A program made the translations under genes and the position numbers. From assembly GCF_009914755.1 (NCBI RefSeq), contig NC_060940.1: a DNA stretch of 64,000 bases, one strand, 5' to 3'. Source of the DNA: the human T2T-CHM13v2.0 reference genome, Homo sapiens. How positions within the stretch are numbered: position 1 is the first letter of the stretch; each line of letters opens with the position of its first letter. Shown here one piece after another: positions 13,750-27,250 of the stretch. A model generated the notes under the pieces. The model was not told where the DNA came from. It made no database searches and saw nothing but the letters and a program-made list of their open reading frames with translations.

Positions 13750-16700
13750 GATTCCGTTCAAAGATGATACCATTCTAGCCCATTCAATCATTCCATTCGA
13801 TTCTATTCAATGATGATTCCATTCATGTCGATTTGGTGATTCCATTTGACTTCATTTGATGATGATTCCTTTCAAGTTCATTAGATGATTCCATTCGATT
13901 CCATTTGATGATGATTCCATTCCATTCCATTCAATGATTCCATTCGATTCCGTTTGATGATGATTTCATTCGAGTCCATTTGATGATTCCATTTGATTCC
14001 ATTCGATGATGATTCCATTCGAGTCCGTTCGATGATTCTATTCGAATCCATTTGATGATTACTTTTGATTATATTTGGTGATGATTCCATTGGAGTCCAT
14101 TCAATGATTCCATTCGATTCCAATTGATGGTGATTCCATTAGAGTCCATTTAATGATTCCATTTGATTCCAGTCTCTGATGATTACATTCGAGTCCATAC
14201 GATGATTCCACTCAATTCCATATGATGATGATTCCATTCGATTCCATTCGATGATTCCATTCTATTCTATTCAATGGTGATTCCATTCGAGTACATTAGA
14301 TGATTCCATTCGATTCCATTCAATGATGATTCTATTTGTGTCCCTTAGATGGTTCCACATGATTCCATTAGATGATGATACTATTTGAGCCCATCCAATG
14401 ATTCCCTTCGATTCCATTCGATGAGGATTCCATTCGATTCAATTCATTGGTGATTCTATTCAATTCAATTCTTTGATTCCATTCCATTCCATTCGACAAT
14501 GATTCCATTCGATTTCTTTCGATGATTCCACTCGATTCCACTTGACATTGATTCCATTCGATTCCATTCAATGATTCCGTTTGATTCCAGTGGATGATGA
14601 TTGCCATCGATTCCATTCGATCACTCCATTCTATTCCATTTGATGATGATTACATTCGATTCCATTTGATAATTCCATCTGATTCTATTCGAGGATTCCA
14701 TTTGATTCCATTCGATGATGATTCCATTCGAGTCCATTCGATGATTTCATTCGAGTACATCCAATGATTCCATTCGAGTCCATTTGATGATTCCATTTGA
14801 TGCCATTTGATTATGATTCTACTAGAGTCCATTCAATGACTCCATTCGAATCCATTCAACAATTCCATTCGAGTCCATTCGATGATTCCATTTCATGATT
14901 CCATTCGAGTCCATTTAATCATTACAGTCGAGTCCGTTTGGTGATTCCACTGGATTTCTTTTGATAATGATACCATTCAATTACATTTGATGATGATCCA
15001 ATTCAATTTCATTTGATGATGATTCCATTAGAGTCCATTCGATGATTTCATTCGAGTCCCTTCATTGATTCCATCCGATTTCATTTGATGATGACTCCAT
15101 TCGAGTCCATTCGATGATTCCACTCGATTCCATTAGATGATTCCATTGGAGTCCATTTCATTGTTCCATTCGATTCCATTCGATTCCTTTCGAAGATTAT
15201 TCCATTTGAGTCCATTCGATGATGATTCCATTCCATTCCATTCGATGATTCCGTTTGATTCCATTCGATGATTCCCTTTGATTTCTTTCTAGGATGATTC
15301 CATTCCATTCCATTCAATGATTCCATTCGAATCTATTCCATGATGATTCCTTGCGATTCCATTCGCTGATGTTTCCGTTCAATTCCATTCGGTGATGATT
15401 CCATTCGATTCCATTCATTGAGGATTCCATTTGATTCCATTCAATGATGATTCCGTTCTATTCCATTCAATGATTGTATTCAATTCCATTCAATGATTAT
15501 CCCCTTAGAGTAAACTCAACGATTCCATTCAATACCATTCGATGATGATTCCTTTTGAGTCCATTCAATGATTTCATTCAAGTCCATTTGATGATTCCTT
15601 TCAATTCCATTCTATGATGATTCCATTCGAGTCCATTCGATGATTCCATTCAATTGCATTCGATGATTCCATTATATTCCAGTCAACGATGATTCCATTC
15701 GAGTCCATTCGATGATTCCATTAGAGTACATTTAATGATTGCTTTGTTTTCAATTCGAAGATGATTACATTGGATTCCATTCTATGATACCATTCGATTC
15801 CATTCAATGATGATTCCACTCAAATCCATTGGATGATTCCATTCGTGTCCGTTCGGTGATTTCATTAGATTCCATTCGAGGATGATTCCATTCGATTCCA
15901 TTCGATGATTCCATTCAATTCCATTCGATGATGATTCCATTCCAGTCCATATGATCATTCCATTTGATTTCATTCGATGATGATTCCATTCGATTCCATT
16001 CGATGATTCCATTCTATTCCATTCGATGATGATTCAATTCGAGTCCATTCGATGATTCCATTCGAGTCCATTTAATGATTCCATTGGGTTCAATTCAATG
16101 ATGATTACATTGGATTCCGTTCAATGATTCCATTCAATTCCGTTCATTGACAATTTGATTCCATTCGATGATGATTCCATTTGAGTTCATTCGATGATTC
16201 TATTCGATTCTCTTCGATGGTGATTCAATTCTATTATGTTGGATGATTCCATTCGATTCCATTTGATGTTGATTCAATTCGATTCTATTCGATGATGATT
16301 CCATTGGATTTCACTTGATGATTCTATTCGATTCCATTCAATGATGATTGACTTCTCGTCCATTGGATGATTCCATTTCATTCCATTCGATGATGATTCC
16401 ATTCGATTCCATTCGATGATTCCATTCGATTCCATGCGACGGTGAGCAATTCGATTCAATTCCATGATGATTCTATTTGATTCAATTAGATGATGTTTGC
16501 ATTCGAATCCATTCCATGATTATTCCATTGGAATCCATTTGGCGATGATTCCATATGAGTCAATTCAATGATGATTCCATATGGGTCCGTTCGATGATAA
16601 TTCCATTTGATTTCATTCGATGCTTCTATTCAATTCCAGTCGATGATGATTCCGTTGGAGTCCATACGATGATTCCATTTGATTTCATTTGATGATGATT

Positions 16701-19700
16701 CCATTCGATGATGATTACATTAGATTCCATTCTATGATTCCATTCAATTCCATTCGTTGATGATTCGATTCCATTCAATGATGATTCCATTTGAGTTCAT
16801 TCGATGATTCTATTCGATTCCGTTCGATGGTGATTCAATTCTACTATATTGGATGATTCCACTCGATTCCATTTGATGATTATTCCATTGGAGTCCACTT
16901 AGTGAATCCTTTAGATTCTACTCGACGATGATTCCATTCGAGTCCATTCGATGATACCATTCAATTCCATTCGTTGATGCTTCCATTCAAGTGCATTCGA
17001 TGATATCATTCGATTCCATTTGATGATAATTCCATTTGATTCCATGCGATGATTCTATTCGATTCCATTCAATGATAATTCCATTCAATTCAGTGATTCC
17101 TCTGGACTCCATTTGATGATGATTCCATTCAATGATTCCATTCGATTCTATTCCAAAATGATTCCATTTGAATCCATTTGATGATGATTCCATTAGATTC
17201 CATTTGATGATTCCATTTGATTCCATTCGACGATGATTCCATTCGATTCCGTTTGATGATTCCATTCTATTCTATTCGATGATGATTCCATTCGATTCCA
17301 TTCGATGATGATTGGATTCGATTCCATTTGATGATTTCATTTGATTCCATTCGTTAATGATTTCGATCAATTCCATTCGATGATTCCATTCGATTCCATT
17401 CGATAATGATTACATCCGAGTCCATCGATGATTCCATTTGAGCCTGTTCGATAATTCCATTTGAGTCCAACCAATGATTCCATTCATTTCCATTCAATGA
17501 TTCCATTCGAGTCCATTTGATCATTCCGGTAGGGTCCATTCGATGTTGATTCCATTGGAGTGCATTCGATGATTCCATTCGAGTCCATTTTATGATTTGT
17601 TTCGAGTCCTTTCAATGATTCCATTCGATTCCACTCGATGATGATTTCATTCGAGTCCATTCGACACTTCCAATCGATTCCATTTGATGTTTCCATTCGA
17701 GTCCAATTGATGATTCCATTCAATTCCATTCGATGATGATTCCGTACGATTCCATTCTGTGATGATTCCATGTGATTGCATTCAATGATGATTCCTTTCG
17801 ATTGCATTCGATTATGATTCATTTCGTGTTCATTCTATGGTTCCACAGGTTTCCATTCGTGTCCATTCCATTATTCCATTGTATTCCATTTGATGATGAT
17901 TCCATTCGATTCCATTCATTGGTGATTCCACTCAATTCCATTCAATGATTCCATTCCATTTCTTTCAACAATGATTCCATTAGTTTCTATTCGATGATCC
18001 ACTTGATTCCATTTGGCGATGATTCCATTCGTGTCCATTCGATGATTCCATTTGATTCCATATGATGATGATTCCATTCGATTCCATACGATGATGATTC
18101 CATTCGAGTCCATTCAATGGTGATTCCATTCAATTCCATTCGATGATTCCTTCCGATTCCATTCGATGATGATGGCATTCGATTCCTTTCAATCATTCCC
18201 TTTGATTCCATTCAAAGGTGATTTCATTCAAGTCCATTCGATAATTGCATTCGATTCCATTCTATGATGATTCCATTCGAGTCCATTTGATGATTCCATT
18301 CAATTCAAGTCAATGATGATTCCATTCGATTCCACTCGATGATTCCATTGGATTCCATTCGATGATGATTCCATTAAAATCCATTCGATAATTCAATTCA
18401 AGTCCATTCGATGATGATTCCAATCGAATCCATTCAAAGATTCCATTCAATTCCATTCGATGATGATTCCCTTAGATTCCATTCGATGATTCCACTTGAT
18501 TCCATTTACGATGATTCCATTCGATTCCATGTGATGAATCCATTCAATTCTATTCAATGATGTTTCCATTTGATTCCATTGGACCATGATTGCCTTTGAT
18601 TCCATTCAATGATTCCATTCGGTTCCATTTGATGATGATTCCGTTCGATTCCATTTCATTATTCCATTTGATTCCATTGGATGAGTCCATTCGATTACAT
18701 TCGATGATTATTCCATTCGAGTGCATTAGATGACTGCATTCGAGTCCATTCGATGATTCCATTCGATTCCATTCGATGTTGATTCTGTTCAAATCCATTC
18801 GATGATTCCACTCGATTCCATTCGATGACTCCATTTGATCCCATTCGATGATTTCCTGTGATTCCCTTTGATGATCATTCTATTTGATTCAATTCGGTGA
18901 TTTCTTATCATTCCATTCAGTGGTGTTTCCATTCGACTGTATTCGATGATGATTCCATTCGACTCCATTCGATTATGATTTCATTCAATTCCATTCAATA
19001 ATTATTCCCTTCGAGTCCATTTGATGATTCCATTCGATTCCATTCAACAATGATTTGATTCGTTTCCATTCGATGATTCCTTTTGATTCTACTTGATGAA
19101 GATTCCATTCGAGTTCATTTGATGATTGCATTCGAGTCTATTTATGTATTATATTCGTGTCCACTTCATGATTCCATTCAATTCCATTTAATGTTGATTC
19201 CATTTGATTCCATTTGATGATTCAGTTCGATTCCTTGCAATGATTCCCTACGATTCCGTTCTATGATGATTCCATTCGATTCCATTCATTGATGATTTCA
19301 TTCGACTCCATTCGATGATGATTCCTTTCGATTCCATTTGACGATGTTTCCATTCGAGTCCATTCGATGATGATTCTATTCAATTCTGTTCTATTATGAT
19401 TCCATTCGATTTCATTCAATGCTTCTATTTGATTCCATTCGATGATGATTCCATCTCTTTCCCTTCGATGATTCCATTTGATTCCATTCAGTGATGATTC
19501 CATTTGATTCCATCAGATGATGATTTCACTTGATTCCTTTCAATGATGATTCAATTCAAGTCCATTCGATGATTCCATTGGAGTCCAAACGATCATTCCG
19601 TTCGATTCCATTCAATGGTGATTCCATTCATGTCCATTCGATGAATCCATTCAATTCCATTCGATGATGACTCCATTCGAGTACATTCGATGATTCCATT

Positions 19701-22700
19701 TGATTCCATTTGAAGATGATTCCATTCAATTCCATTCGAAGATGATTCCATTCAATTCCATTCGATGATGATTCCGTATGAATCCATTCTCTGATTATTC
19801 CATTCGATTCCATTCATTGACGATTCCATTCAATTCCATTCAATGATGATTCTCTTCTATTCCATTCGATGATTCCGTTCGATTCCATTCGATGATGATT
19901 CCATTAGATTCCATTCGATTGTTGCATTCGATTCCCTTCGATGATGATTCCTTTGAATTCCATTCGATTATCATTCCGTATGAATCCATTTGATGATTAT
20001 TCCATTGGATTCCTTTCGATGATGATTCCATTCGATTCCATTTGATGATGTTTCTCTTGTATTCCATTGGATAATTCCTTTCAGTTCCCTTCGATGATTA
20101 TTCTTTCGAGTCAATTCGATGATTCTATTCCATTCCCTTCGATGATGATTCCATTTCACTCCATTTGATGATTCCATTCGACTCAATTTGGTGATGATTC
20201 AATTCGATGACATTCGATGACTCCATTCAATTTCATTTGATGATGATTACATTCGAGTCCATTTGATGATTGTATTCCTTTCCTTTTGATGATTATTCCA
20301 TTCGTGTCTATTCAAAGGTTCCATTCTATTCCATTCAATGATGATTGCATTTGATTCCATTCAATGATTATGGCTATCGATTCCACTCGTTGATTCCATT
20401 TGATTCCGTTCGATGATTATTCCGTTAGATTCCATTAGAAGATTCCATTCGATTTTATTCAATGATTCCAATGGATTCCATTCAATGATGATTCCATTCG
20501 ACTCCATTCAGTGATTCCATTCGAGTCCATTTGATGATTCCATTCTTTTCCATTTGATGATGATTCCATTAGGGTCCATTCAATGATTCCATTCGAGTCC
20601 ATTCGTTAATGCCTTTCGAGTCCTTTTGATCACTACATTCGAGTCCATTCAATGATTCTATTCGATTCCATTCCATGATGATTCCATTCGAGTTCATTCG
20701 ATGATTGCATTCGAGTCCATTTGATGATTCCATATGATTCCATTCGACAATGATTCCATTCGTGTCCATTTGATGATTCCATTCATTTCCTATCGATGAA
20801 GATTCCATTCAAGTGTATTCGATGATTCCATTCAAATCCATTCGATGATGATTCCATTCCAGTCCATTCGATCATTCCACTTGATTCCATTTGATGACTA
20901 TTCCATTCAAATCCATTTGATGATTCCATTCGATTCCATTCGATGTTACCATTCGAGTATATACGATGATTCCACTCGATTCCATTTGATGATTATTCCA
21001 TTGGAGTCCACTTAGTGAATCCTTTAGATTCTACTCGAAGATGATTCCATTCGAGTCCATTCGATGATACCATTCAATTCCATTCGTTGATGCTTCCATT
21101 CAAGTGCATTCGATGATATCATTCGATTCCATTTGATGATAATTCCATTTGATTCCATGCGATGATTCTATTCGATTCCATTCAATGATAATTCCATTCA
21201 ATTCAGTGATTCCTCTGGACTCCATTTGATGATGATTCCATTCAATGATTCCATTCGATTCTATTCGAAAATGATTCCATTTGAATCCATTTGATGATGA
21301 TTCCATTAGATTCCATTTGATGATTCCATTCGATTCCATTCGATGATGATTCCATTCGATTCCTTTTGATGAATCCATTCTATTCTATTCGATGATGATT
21401 CCATTCGATTCCATTCGATGATGATTGGATTCGATTCCATTTGATGATTTCATTTGATTCCATACGATAATGATTTCGATCAATTCCATTCGATGATTCC
21501 ATTCGATTCCATTCGATAATGATTACATCCGAGTCCATTCGATGATTCCATTTGAGCCCGTTCGATAATTCCATTTGAGTCCAATCAATGATTCCATTCA
21601 TTTCCATTCAATGATTCCATTCGAGTCCATTTGATCATTCCGGTAGGGTCCGTTCGATGTTGATTCCATTGGAGTGCATTCGATGATTCCATTCGAGTCC
21701 ATTTTAGGATTTGATTCGAGTCCTTTCGATGATTCCATTCGATTCCACTCGATGATTTCATTCGAGTCCATTCGACACTTCCAATCGATTCCATTTGATG
21801 TTTCCATTCGATTCCAATTGATGATTCCATTCAATTCCATTCGATGATGATTCCGTACGATTACATTCTGTGATGATTCCATGTGATTGCATTCAATGAT
21901 GATTCCTTTCGATTGCATTCGATTATGATTCATTTCGTGTTCATTCTATGGTTCCACAGGTTTCCATTCGATGATGTTTCCATTCGTGTCCATTCCATTA
22001 TTCCATTCTATTCCATTTGAAGATGATTCCATTCGATTCCATTCATTGGTGATTCCACTCAATTCCATTCAATGATTCCATTCCATTTCTTTCAACAATG
22101 ATTCCATTAGTTTCTATTCGATGATCCACTTGATTCCATTTGACGATGATTCCATTCGTGTCCATTCGATGATTCCATTTGATTCCATATGATGATGATT
22201 CCATTCGATTCCATACGATGATGATTCCATTCGAGTCCATTCAATCGTGATTCCATTCAATTCCATTCGATGATTCCTTTCGATTCTATTCAATGATGAT
22301 GGCATTCGATTCCTTTCGATCATTCCCTTTGATTCCATTCAAAGGTGATTTCATTCAAGTCCATTCGATAATTGCATTCGATTCCATTCTATGATGATTC
22401 CATTCGAGTCCATTTGATGATTCCATTCAATTCAAGTCAATGATGATTCCATTCGATTCCACTCGATGATTCCATTGGATTCCATTCGATGATGATTCCA
22501 TTCAAATCCATTCGATAATTCAATTCAAGTCCATTCGATGATGATTCCAATCGAATCCATTCAAAGATTCCACTCAATTCCATTCGATGATGATTCCCTT
22601 ACATTCCATTCGATGATTCCACTTGATTCCATTTACGATGATTCCATTCGATTCCATGTGATGATTCCATTCAATTCTATTCAATGATGTTTCCACTTGA

Positions 22701-25700
22701 TTCCATTCGAACATGATTGCCTTTGATTCCATTCAATGATTCCATACGGTTCCATTTGATGATGATTCCATTCGAGTGCATTAGATGATTCCATTCGAGT
22801 CCATTCGATGATTCCATTCGATTCCATTCGATGTTGATTCTGTTCAAATCCATTCGATGATTCCACTCGATTCCATTCGATGACTCCATTTGATCCCATT
22901 CGATGATTTCCTTTGATTCCCTTTGATGATCATTCCATTTGATTCAATTCGGTGATTTCATTTGATTCCATTCAGTGATGTTTCCATTCAACTCCTTTCG
23001 ATGATGATTCCATTCGACTCCATTCGATTATGATTTCATTCAATTCCATTCGATAATGATTCCCTTCAAGTCCATTCGATGATTCCATTCGATTCCATTC
23101 AACGATGATTTGATTCGTGTCCATTCGATGATTCCATTTGATTCCATTTGATGATGATTCCATTCGAGTCCATTTGATGATTCCATTCAATTCCATTCTC
23201 CGATGATTTCTTTTGAGCCCATTCAATGCTTCCACTCGATTCCATATGATGATGACTCCATTTGATGAAATTCCATGACGATTCCATTCGCTTGCATTCG
23301 ATGATGATTCCACTTGAGTCCGTTAGAAGATTCTATTCAATTACATTCCATGACGATTCTGTTCGAGTCCATTTGATGATTCCATTAGACTCCATTCGAC
23401 GATGATTCCATTCGATGTTATTCGATGATGCTTCCATTCAACTCCATTCGATGTTTCCATTCGAGTTCATTCTATTATTCCATTAGATTCCATTCGATGA
23501 TGATTCCATTCGATTCCATTTGATGATTGCATTCTGTTTCATTTGATGATGATTCCATTCGAGTCCATTCGATGATTCCATTCGAGTCCATTTAATGAAT
23601 CCATTGGTTTCAATTCTATGATGATTACATTGTATTCCACTCGTTGATGATTTCATTCGATTCCATTCAATGATGATTCCATTCAATTCCATTCAATGAT
23701 TCCATTCAATTCCATACGATGATATTCCATTTGATTTGATTCGACAGTGAGCCATTCGATTCAATTCCATGATGATTCTATTTTATTCAATTGGTTGACA
23801 TTTCCATTCGATTCCATTCGATGATGATTCCATTTGATTCCATTCAAAGATGATTCCATTCTAGCCCATTCAATCATTCCATTCGATTCTATTCAATGAT
23901 GATTCCATTCATGTCGATTTGGTGATTCCATTTGACTTCATTTGATGATGATTCCTTTCAAGTTCATTAGATGATTCCATTCGATTCCATTTGATGATGA
24001 TCCCATTCGAGTCCATTCAGTGATTCCATTCGTTTCCATTCCATGATGATTCCATTCCATTCCATTCAATGATTCCATTCGATTCCGTTTGATGATGATT
24101 TCATTCGAGTCCATTTGATGATTCCATTTGATTCCATCCGATGATGATTACATTCGAGTCCATACGATGATTCCACTCAATTCCATATGATGATGATTCC
24201 ATTCGATTCCATTCCATGATTCCATTCTATTCTATTCAATGGTGATTCCATTCGAGTACATTAGAGGATTCCATTCGATTCCATTCAATGATGATTCTAT
24301 TTGTGTCCCTTAGATGATTCCACATGATTCCATTAGATGATGATACTATTTGAGCCCATCCAATGATTCCCTTCGATTCCATTCGATGAGGATTCCATTC
24401 GATTCAATTCATTGGTGATTCTATTCAATTCAATTCTTTGATTCCATTCCATTCCATTCGACAATGATTCCATTCGATTTCTTTCGATGATTCCACTCGA
24501 TTCCACTTGACATTGATTCCATTCGATTCCATTCAATGATTCCGTTTGATTCCAGTGGATGATGATTGCCATCGATTCCATTCGATCACTCCATTCTATT
24601 CCATTTGATGATGATTACATTCGATTCCATTTGATGATTCCATCTGATTCTATTCGAGGATTCCATTTGATTCCATTCGATGATGATTCCATTCAAGTGC
24701 ATTCGATGATTTCATTCGAGTACATCCAATGATTCCATTCGAGTCCATTTGATGATTCCATTTGATTCCATTTGATTATGATTCTACTAGAGTCCATTCA
24801 ATGACTCCATTCGAATCCATTCAACAATTCCATTCGAGGCCATTCGATGATTCCATTTCATGATTCCATTCGAGTCCATTTAATCATTACAGTCAAGTCC
24901 ATTTGGTGATTCCACTGGATTTCTTTTGATAATGATAACATTCAATTACATTTGATGATGATCCCATTCAATTTCATTTGATGGTGATTCCATTAGAGTC
25001 CATTCGATGATTTCATTCGAGTCCCTTCATTTATTCCATCCGATTTCATTGGATGATGACTCCATTCGAGTCCATTCGATGATTCCACTCGATTCCATTA
25101 GATGGTTCCATTGGAGTCCATTTGATTGTTCCATTCGATTCTATTCGATTCCTTTCGAAGATTATTCCATTTGAGTCCATTCGATGATGATTCCATTCCA
25201 TTCCATTCGATGATTCCGTTTGATTCCATTCGATGATTCCCTTCGATTCCTTTCTTTGATGATTCCATTCCATTCCATTCAATGATTCCATTCGAATCTA
25301 TTCCATGATGATTCCTTTCGATTCCATTCGCTGATGTTTCCGTTCAATTCCATTCGATGATGATTCCATTCGATTCCATTCATTGAGGATTCCATTGGAT
25401 TCCATTCAATGATGATTCCATTCTATTCCATTCAATGATTGCATTCAATTCCATTCAATGATTATCCCCTTAGAGTAAACTCAACGATTCCATTCAATAC
25501 CATTCGATGATGATTCCTTTTGAGTCCATTCAATGATTTCATTCAAGTCCATTTGATGATTCCTTTCAATTCCATTCTATGATGATTCCATTCGAGTCCA
25601 TTCGATGATTCCATTCGATTGCATTCGATGATTCCATTATATTCCATTCAACGATGATTCCATTCGAGTCCATTCGATGATTCCATTAGAGTACATTTAA

Positions 25701-27250
25701 TGATTGCTTTGTTTTCAATTCGAAGATGATTACATTGGATTCCATTCTATGATACCATTCGATTCCATTCAATGATGATTCCACTCAAATCCATTGGATG
25801 ATTCCATTCGTGTCCATTCGGTGATTTCATTAGATTCCATTCGAGGATGATTCCATTCGATTCCATTCGATGATGATTCCATTCGAGTCCATATGATGAT
25901 TCCATTTGATTTCATTTGATGATGATTCCATTCGATTCCATTCGATGATTCCATTCAATTCCATTCGATGATGATTCCATTCGAGTCCATATGATCATTC
26001 CATTTGATTTCATTCGATGATGATTCCATTCGATTCCATTCGACGATTCCATTCTATTCCATTCGATGATGATTCCATTCGAGTCCATTCGATGATTCCA
26101 TTCGAGTCCATTTAATGATTCCATTGGGTTCAATTCAATGATGATTACATTGGATTCCGTTCTATGATTCCATTCAATTCCGTTCATTGACAATTTGATT
26201 CCATTCGATGATGATTGCATTTGAGTTCATTCGATGATTCTATTCGATTCTCTTTGATGGTGATTCAATTCTATTATATTGGATGATTCCATTCGATTCC
26301 ATTTGATGTTGATTCAATTCGATTCTATTCGATGATGATTCCATTGGATTTCACTTGATGATTCTATTCGATTCCATTCAATGATGATTCACTTCTCGTC
26401 CATTGGATCATTCCATTTCATTCCATTCGATGATGATTCCATTCGATTCCATTCGATGATTCCATTTGATTCCATGCGACGGTGAGCAATTCGATTCAAT
26501 TCCATGATGATTCTATTTGATTCAATTAGATGATGTTTCCATTCGAATCCATTCCATGATTATTCCATTGGAATCCATTCGGCGATGATTCCATATGAGT
26601 CAATTCAATGATGATTCCATATGGGTCCGTTCGATGATAATTCCATTTGATTTCATTCGATGCTTCTATTCTATTCCAGTCGATGATGATTCCGTTGGAG
26701 TCCATACGATGATTCCATTTGATTTCATTTCATGATGATTCCATTCGATGACGATTACATTGGATTCCATTCTATGATTCCATTCAATTCCATTCGTTGA
26801 TGATTCGATTCCATTCAATGATGATTCCATTTTGAGTTCATTCGGTGATTCTATTCGATTCCATTCTATGGTGATTCAATTCTCTTATATTGGATGATTC
26901 GACTCGATTCCATTTGATGATTATTCCATTGGAGTCCACTTAGTGAATCCTTTAGATTCTACTCGACGATGATTCCATTCGAGTCCATTCGATGATACCA
27001 TTCAATTCCATTCGTTGATGCTTCCATTCAAGTGCATTCGATGATATCATTCGATTCCATTTGATGATAATTCCATTTGATTCCATGCGATGATTCTATT
27101 CGATTCCATTCAATGATAATTCCATTCAATTCAGTGATTCCTCTGGACTACATTTGATGATGATTCCATTCAATGATTCCATTCGATTCTATTCGAAAAT
27201 GATTACATTTGAATCCATTTGATGACGATTCCATTCCATTCCATTTGATG
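13750..27250 (+). repeat. Rearranged/divergent HSat2 transition zone (partial 6.1-kb-type units, backward jumps, indels, unique block)
   Basis: Irregular landmark spacings (6136, 9965, 6139), private substitutions, and indels of 10, 16, 23, 49, 72, 75 and 170 bp relative to the 6112-bp unit. Confidence 0.88.
19131..20964 (+). repeat. Divergent ~1.8-kb HSat2 block with no counterpart in the 4.45-kb or 6.1-kb units
   Basis: Contains words I could not find elsewhere in the window (TTTATGTATTATATTCG ~19140, GGAGTCCAAACG ~19580, TGGCTATCG ~20371, TTAATGCCTTTCG ~20606). ORFs between 19261 and 20808 have no twins in the ORF track. Boundaries are approximate. Confidence 0.85.

Noticed and set aside
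19131-20964. Transposon or other foreign insertion in the unique block
   Set aside because: The block is still CATTC/GATGAT satellite throughout. I saw no Alu/L1/LTR sequence, poly(A) tail or target-site duplication.
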